Origin: a virus
Taxonomy: Duplodnaviria; Caudoviricetes
Length of the DNA stretch: 51,124 nt
Virus record (IMG/VR): IMGVR_UViG_3300044703_000055
Span: 1 to 51,124 of that record
Reading direction: 5' to 3' (one strand)
How positions within the stretch are numbered: the first letter of the stretch is position 1; every line of letters starts with the position of its first letter. This document shows positions 46,751 through 51,124 of this stretch, piece after piece. The notes beneath the pieces are model-generated. The model was given only the letters and a program-made list of their open reading frames with translations. It was not told the DNA's origin and did not search any database. The translations under genes were made by a program, and so were the position numbers.

Positions 46751-47095
46751 GTGGTGTACACAAAGGAATTCGACGAGCTGAAAGCTGAACTTGAGGAGGT
46801 CGACGGTAACGCGAGAATGGTTCTTCGCGCTCTCATTTGCGACGCGCCAGTTCCCCAACTAATCGACGAGAAACACATGACCGCCCTCGAGGGTCGTCTG
46901 CAGGATCTTTCCCAGAGGCTGAACATCAAGAAGTCAGCTCCATTTTTACAGTTTTATTCTCGGGCCTACCCTGCACTCGATGGTCCGGAGCTGTTCTACT
47001 GCAAGCTTCGCGCGAACCTATCGGACTGTCGCTTTTGGCTGACCGACAACTCGGCCCTTGCAGAAGATTACGCCAAAACGCCGCCTTCTGCTTAG
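46751..47095 (+). CDS. Hypothetical cargo protein
   Basis: GTG start after GGAGG. Confidence 0.5.
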   Translation: MVYTKEFDELKAELEEVDGNARMVLRALICDAPVPQLIDEKHMTALEGRLQDLSQRLNIKKSAPFLQFYSRAYPALDGPELFYCKLRANLSDCRFWLTDNSALAEDYAKTPPSA

Positions 47096-47405
47096 CGTTG
47101 GATTGTCTGCGCGATCAGCAGGACGAGACTGCACTATCCACAACGGCGGTCATGGTTACTCTGGCACTCCCGAAGAACCGCTTTGCTGCGAGTACTGCGG
47201 GCACCAGTCAGTGTAGCGTCGCGAAATGTATATTCTCCGCGCATATGGCTTCTAGGGAATTGCTCCCACTCGCGTCCTGAAGGCGGAGCGGGCGCTGCCG
47301 TGGTGGTTCTAGTCGGAATACACTCCTATCATGCACAGGGGGTTGTGACCCACGGCTTTGCTCTGCTCTAATTGCGAATCACCAATGCATTTGACGAGCT
47401 GACCG

Positions 47406-48020
47406 ATGGCGAAGTTCGACTACAAGCATGCCAAGGATGAGATCGCGCAAATTAATGCGATCGTCGAAACGTGCCCTGAGACGGTGAAAGAGAAGTGCTT
47501 CGAACTGTTGTTCGCAGCCGTGTTCGGCCCTGCTAGATACCCGGTGGCACCCCCTGCCGAGCCTTCGGCAGCACTGAAAGAGCCGGAGAAGCCCGCCGAC
47601 GAAAAGACGAACATAACGCAAAAGAAGAGATTGCCTTCGAACGTCCTGGCGTTCGCACACCGCAACGGTGTCACAACCGAAGACATCGGGAAGCTTTTTC
47701 TCCTGGATCACGAGCCGATCCTGCCCGTCTACAAAATCCCGACCGGGAAGACCGCGTACGCGCAGATGTGCAAGGTCATGATGGTTCTCTTGGAAAACGG
47801 CCTGCTCAACAACTCGCTCACCGCTCCCTACCCCGAACTGCGTGAGAGCGTAAAAGAAGATGGCTTTTACGACGGCAACTTCAACAAACTGTTGAAGCGC
47901 AACCACGATCTGTTCAAGGGCGCTATTAGTGAAGAGACGATTGAGGAAGATAAGACCGTAGAGTTGACAGGCGCCGGCTTCACGAAGCTGGCTGAAATCG
48001 TGAAAGAGCTGGGTCAATGA
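47406..48020 (+). CDS. Hypothetical protein, partner of HEPN gene
   Basis: 204 aa; C-terminal VELTGAG wing-like motif; abuts next gene. Confidence 0.7.
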   Translation: MAKFDYKHAKDEIAQINAIVETCPETVKEKCFELLFAAVFGPARYPVAPPAEPSAALKEPEKPADEKTNITQKKRLPSNVLAFAHRNGVTTEDIGKLFLLDHEPILPVYKIPTGKTAYAQMCKVMMVLLENGLLNNSLTAPYPELRESVKEDGFYDGNFNKLLKRNHDLFKGAISEETIEEDKTVELTGAGFTKLAEIVKELGQ

Positions 48021-48850
48021 ATGAAGGACGAGCTGCTTTCCATTACCCGTGCACAGGTCACTGACCTTGCCTCGGTTATTAAAGCAATCCGCGCTGCTCC
48101 AACAGCGCGGATACGTCAGCAAGCGTTATTGAATGCCGGCGCGGGCGCCGCGCGGCAATGGTTCGACACCGTACGACCGGCACTCGAAAAGGCTGGCTTC
48201 CCATCGGACACGATAAGTACGTTCTCGGCTCGGTTCGAGACGCTTCTCGCGATGACGCGAATGCAACCGACGAAAAGCAGGTACCTTGCTGCGGTCGCCG
48301 AAATTTCGGGCCGATATATCCCAGATATCGTTCATCACATCGAAATCGGTTCATTCACTTCCCTCACGGGACTAAGCATCGCGCCCTACGTCGAGGGCCT
48401 TCCAGTCGAGGAAGGCGATTTTCTTGACGAAGCACAGCGCTGCCTGAGCGCCAATGCTCTCCGAGGCTGTATTGTTCTGGGCTGGTGCGCTACCGTTGCC
48501 CGCATCCACGCAAGATCGAAGAAATTGGCTTTGATAAATTCAGCAAGGCCACGGAGGAAATGAAGGCCAAGACGACGGGCCGCTTCAAGCCGTTCACGAA
48601 AGTCTACGCAGTTGAATCGCGCTCGGAGCTACAACGTATCTTCGATACTGACATCCTTTTCATTCTTGAATATTTGCAGCTCATTGACAGCAACCAACAC
48701 GCGCGCCTGCGTCACTGTTTCGACTTACGGAACCACAGCGCTCACCCCGGCGAAGCGCCGATCACAGGCGAAAACCTGTACTCTTTCTTTTCCGACATCA
48801 CACAGATCGTGCTGAAGAACGCCAAGTTCGAGCTGAAGGCCAAAGCCTGA
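48021..48850 (+). pseudogene. HEPN-like protein, frameshifted near 48511
   Basis: FLDEAQRCL...RGCIVLGWCA then CAC GC_ AAG ATC GAA; second part has LRNHSAHP (R-x4-H). Confidence 0.7.
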
Positions 48851-48937
48851 CCGAGCAAAAAGGCTCCTATTTTGTTCTCATGGCGGCATTTATAATCGCA
48901 ACAATGACACTGATTCTCTCAGGGTTCGTGTGCAACA

Positions 48938-49789
48938 ATGGTCCCTCAATACCGCCATGTCGCAAAGCAACGGCTCGCAAAAGCAATAGAGTTGCGTAAC
49001 ACCAACGATGACGACGATCTCACATATGCTTGTCTTGAGCTAAGGAAATCGATCGAGGCTCTCTCATACGACCGTTTGTTGTCATATCTAGCAGAAGTTC
49101 CGCTCAAACCACTCGCTGTGTGGCAAGCGGACAAAGTCATGAAGGAACTTCTTCGTATTGATCCCACGTCCGATAAAAGTTCTCACATCCATGTTAAGCG
49201 AGAGGCGGGGGAAGACGGCAGTCCCAAAGGCAAACGGCGATACCTCGGCGAAGACCGCAGGTGGAATACGCAAGAGGCGTCGAAGGCCTATCAGCAGCTC
49301 GGCCACTTCTTGCATGTTCCGACCATTAAGCAATCCAGAAACGAGGAGCCTCCCGATAAAGCGATGATTCGAGAACGGGCCAACGAGATTAAGGCGAAAC
49401 TGCAACATGTGCTTGCCTCTCGAATTTACAACGTAAATTTTTCTGAATCGGTAACCTTTGCCTGTATCGTCTGCGAGGCGCCTATAAAGAGGCAAACCCG
49501 AGTACTAGAGACAAATGCCAAAATCGAGTGCGGAAACTGCGGACAAAAATTTATTGGTGAACCCGTGGACGAACGATCTTATAGTTTTATTCCCGCATCG
49601 TTTAGGTGGAATTGTCAGGTATGCGAGACGGAACAAGAACTCATTGAAAGCAGCGCTAAAGACGGCCTCAAGATCACATGTCCGCAGTGTGAGGATGCCG
49701 CGACTCTCAGGTGGGTACAACGCTGGGAACTGGTTCGAGACGCCAATGATCAACCGGCTGACCGCGATCCGCCCGAAACGGCGGTATAA
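48938..49789 (+). CDS. HEPN-like N-terminus plus zinc-ribbon protein
   Basis: YACLELRKSIE...YQQLGHFLH; CIVC, CGNC, CQVC, CPQC. Confidence 0.6.
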   Translation: MVPQYRHVAKQRLAKAIELRNTNDDDDLTYACLELRKSIEALSYDRLLSYLAEVPLKPLAVWQADKVMKELLRIDPTSDKSSHIHVKREAGEDGSPKGKRRYLGEDRRWNTQEASKAYQQLGHFLHVPTIKQSRNEEPPDKAMIRERANEIKAKLQHVLASRIYNVNFSESVTFACIVCEAPIKRQTRVLETNAKIECGNCGQKFIGEPVDERSYSFIPASFRWNCQVCETEQELIESSAKDGLKITCPQCEDAATLRWVQRWELVRDANDQPADRDPPETAV

Positions 49790-49908
49790 TTAAGATCAGC
49801 AGCTCCTCGGTTTCGGAATTGGTGGCGCGTTAACCGGCTTTCCCGGTTTCAACGTCATGCGCACGCGACGCTCACCGCGCCACCAGCCTCCGCAACGGAG
49901 GACTGACC

Positions 49909-50256
49909 ATGAGAAAGCTCGTTTACATAAGTCTGCTGGCGTTTGCGTTTCCCGCCTACGCCCAAGAAGGCCACCACGGCTACGGACATGCTCAGTGGCA
50001 TGAGCAGTTCTATAACAAGCTGATCCGCAAAGACACGAAGACCTCGTGCTGCAATCTTTCCGATTGCCGCCCGACGCAAAGCCGGATGACCGGCGAGATG
50101 CACGAAGTTCTCGTGGACGGCGAATGGATACCCGCGCCGCACGATGTCATTCAAAGCGTCGCGGCACCTGACGGCGGTACGCATGTCTGCGCACCGAAGC
50201 AGCTCGGCTCCAACAAAGGGAAGCTCTACTGCGTCGTGCTTCCTCCCGAAACGTGA
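49909..50256 (+). CDS. Secreted Cys-rich protein
   Basis: Signal peptide, SCCNLSDCRP...HVC...YCVVLP; GGAGG SD. Confidence 0.75.
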   Translation: MRKLVYISLLAFAFPAYAQEGHHGYGHAQWHEQFYNKLIRKDTKTSCCNLSDCRPTQSRMTGEMHEVLVDGEWIPAPHDVIQSVAAPDGGTHVCAPKQLGSNKGKLYCVVLPPET

Positions 50257-50267
50257 GGGAGGAAACC

Positions 50268-50507
50268 ATGCCCCGCCTCGAAGTGAAGCAGTGCAACACC
50301 TGCCCGTATAAGCGCTTCGATCTTCCCATGAGCTGTGCGGACGCGGCACTCTATCTTTGCCACGACTGCCCCGAAAACGAGCCGCGCGATCCGGAACCCG
50401 TTCTCCGGCTCACCCGTGCTCCCCGCACCTACCCGCCCGATCGCCCCATGCCGCAGTGGATGAGTCGCCATTACGCGGACAGCAGGCGTATCGCAGGGAG
50501 GGCGTGA
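50268..50507 (+). CDS. Small Cys-rich hypothetical protein
   Basis: GGGAGG SD; CNTC, CHDC. Confidence 0.55.
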   Translation: MPRLEVKQCNTCPYKRFDLPMSCADAALYLCHDCPENEPRDPEPVLRLTRAPRTYPPDRPMPQWMSRHYADSRRIAGRA

Positions 50508-50656
50508 TGGAGCGATGTGCGTACGCCCACTGCAACGCGATCCTGGCCGGCAAGCCGGACGCGGACGTGTACATTGCGGAAGATGGCCGCGTGTTCTGCA
50601 GCGAGTTTTGCGAGCAGGACGAAGCGGAGCGCCGCCGAGATGACGAAGCGGCATAG
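50507..50656 (+). CDS. Small FCS/TRASH-like zinc-finger protein
   Basis: MERCAYAHC...GRVFCSEFC; GGGAGG SD; TGATG overlap. Confidence 0.55.
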   Translation: MERCAYAHCNAILAGKPDADVYIAEDGRVFCSEFCEQDEAERRRDDEAA

Positions 50657-50742
50657 CCAAGCGCGGCGACCTACGGGCCGCCGCTTTCCTTAGTGTCTAG
50701 CGCGTTCCTAAACGCCTACCGCAATTTCTCTAAGTCATTGAA

Positions 50743-50823
<81 letters not shown>

Positions 50824-50942
50824 AATTCGCTTTTCGCCGCTCCGAGGATCTCCGTGCCGCGTTCCGCTTCAGGCCCGCGCAGGCTTAAGCCGCCTGCGCA
50901 AACGCCGTGCGCGTCAGGTGAAATCATACATCGGATGCGGCC

Positions 50943-51124
50943 TCAAGTCTCCTCTTCGTCGGCGACGTCGCCAATGATGTCAGTGACGTCGGCATCCCCT
51001 TCTTCGGTCTCTTCGATGAAGGTGTCGTCGTCATCATCGTCCAAGGCTTCGTCGATTTCGATATCGTCTTCACCTTCCACCACCGGGACGGCCGCTTTCT
51101 TGCCGCCAGCAGCTTCCGCATCGG
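50943..51124 (-). CDS. C-terminus of acidic TIGR02300/FYDLN_acid-like host protein (partial)
   Basis: Manual translation ...EDDIEIDEALDDDDDDTFIEETEEGDADVTDIIGDVADEEET stop; upstream of tRNA-Ala. Confidence 0.7.
   Translation of the reverse strand, partial: DAEAAGGKKAAVPVVEGEDDIEIDEALDDDDDDTFIEETEEGDADVTDIIGDVADEEET

Noticed and set aside
50924-51121. Listed 65-aa minus-strand ORF
   Set aside because: Wrong frame; the acidic frame ending at 50943 is the plausible gene

Overview
The window holds one complete ~48.8 kb integrated element (1985-50795) in a GC-rich host. The flanks (TAXI TRAP receptor, class II aldolase, TIGR02300-like gene next to tRNA-Ala(GGC)) suggest Alphaproteobacteria. The element is bounded by a perfect 53-bp direct repeat containing the 3' half of tRNA-Ala(GGC). 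It carries a tyrosine integrase/excisionase, a plasmid-like mobilisation block, a full siphovirus-like morphogenesis operon, a recombination block and several cargo/defence-like genes. The mobilisation block has a VirD4/TraD-like ATPase, a Replic_Relax-type relaxase, a primase Zn finger and ArdC, with no mating-pair genes seen. The morphogenesis operon has terminases, a portal-gpF fusion, Mu-type protease, capsid, tail with a -1 frameshift, tape measure and lysis genes. Most unusual observations: (1) the phage/mobilisable-element hybrid, including a second, degenerate coupling-ATPase paralogue; (2) about 40 element genes start in a T-ATG context without obvious Shine-Dalgarno sites, unlike the host flanks, suggesting ancestry in a low-SD lineage such as Patescibacteria phages; (3) a promoter-driven array of structured RNAs at 41650-42280 led by a tRNA mimic with large insertions and no anticodon; (4) a second A9 slippery site at the portal/gpF junction; (5) no recognisable CI repressor, helicase or spanin. 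All family assignments come from motif reading, not database searches.
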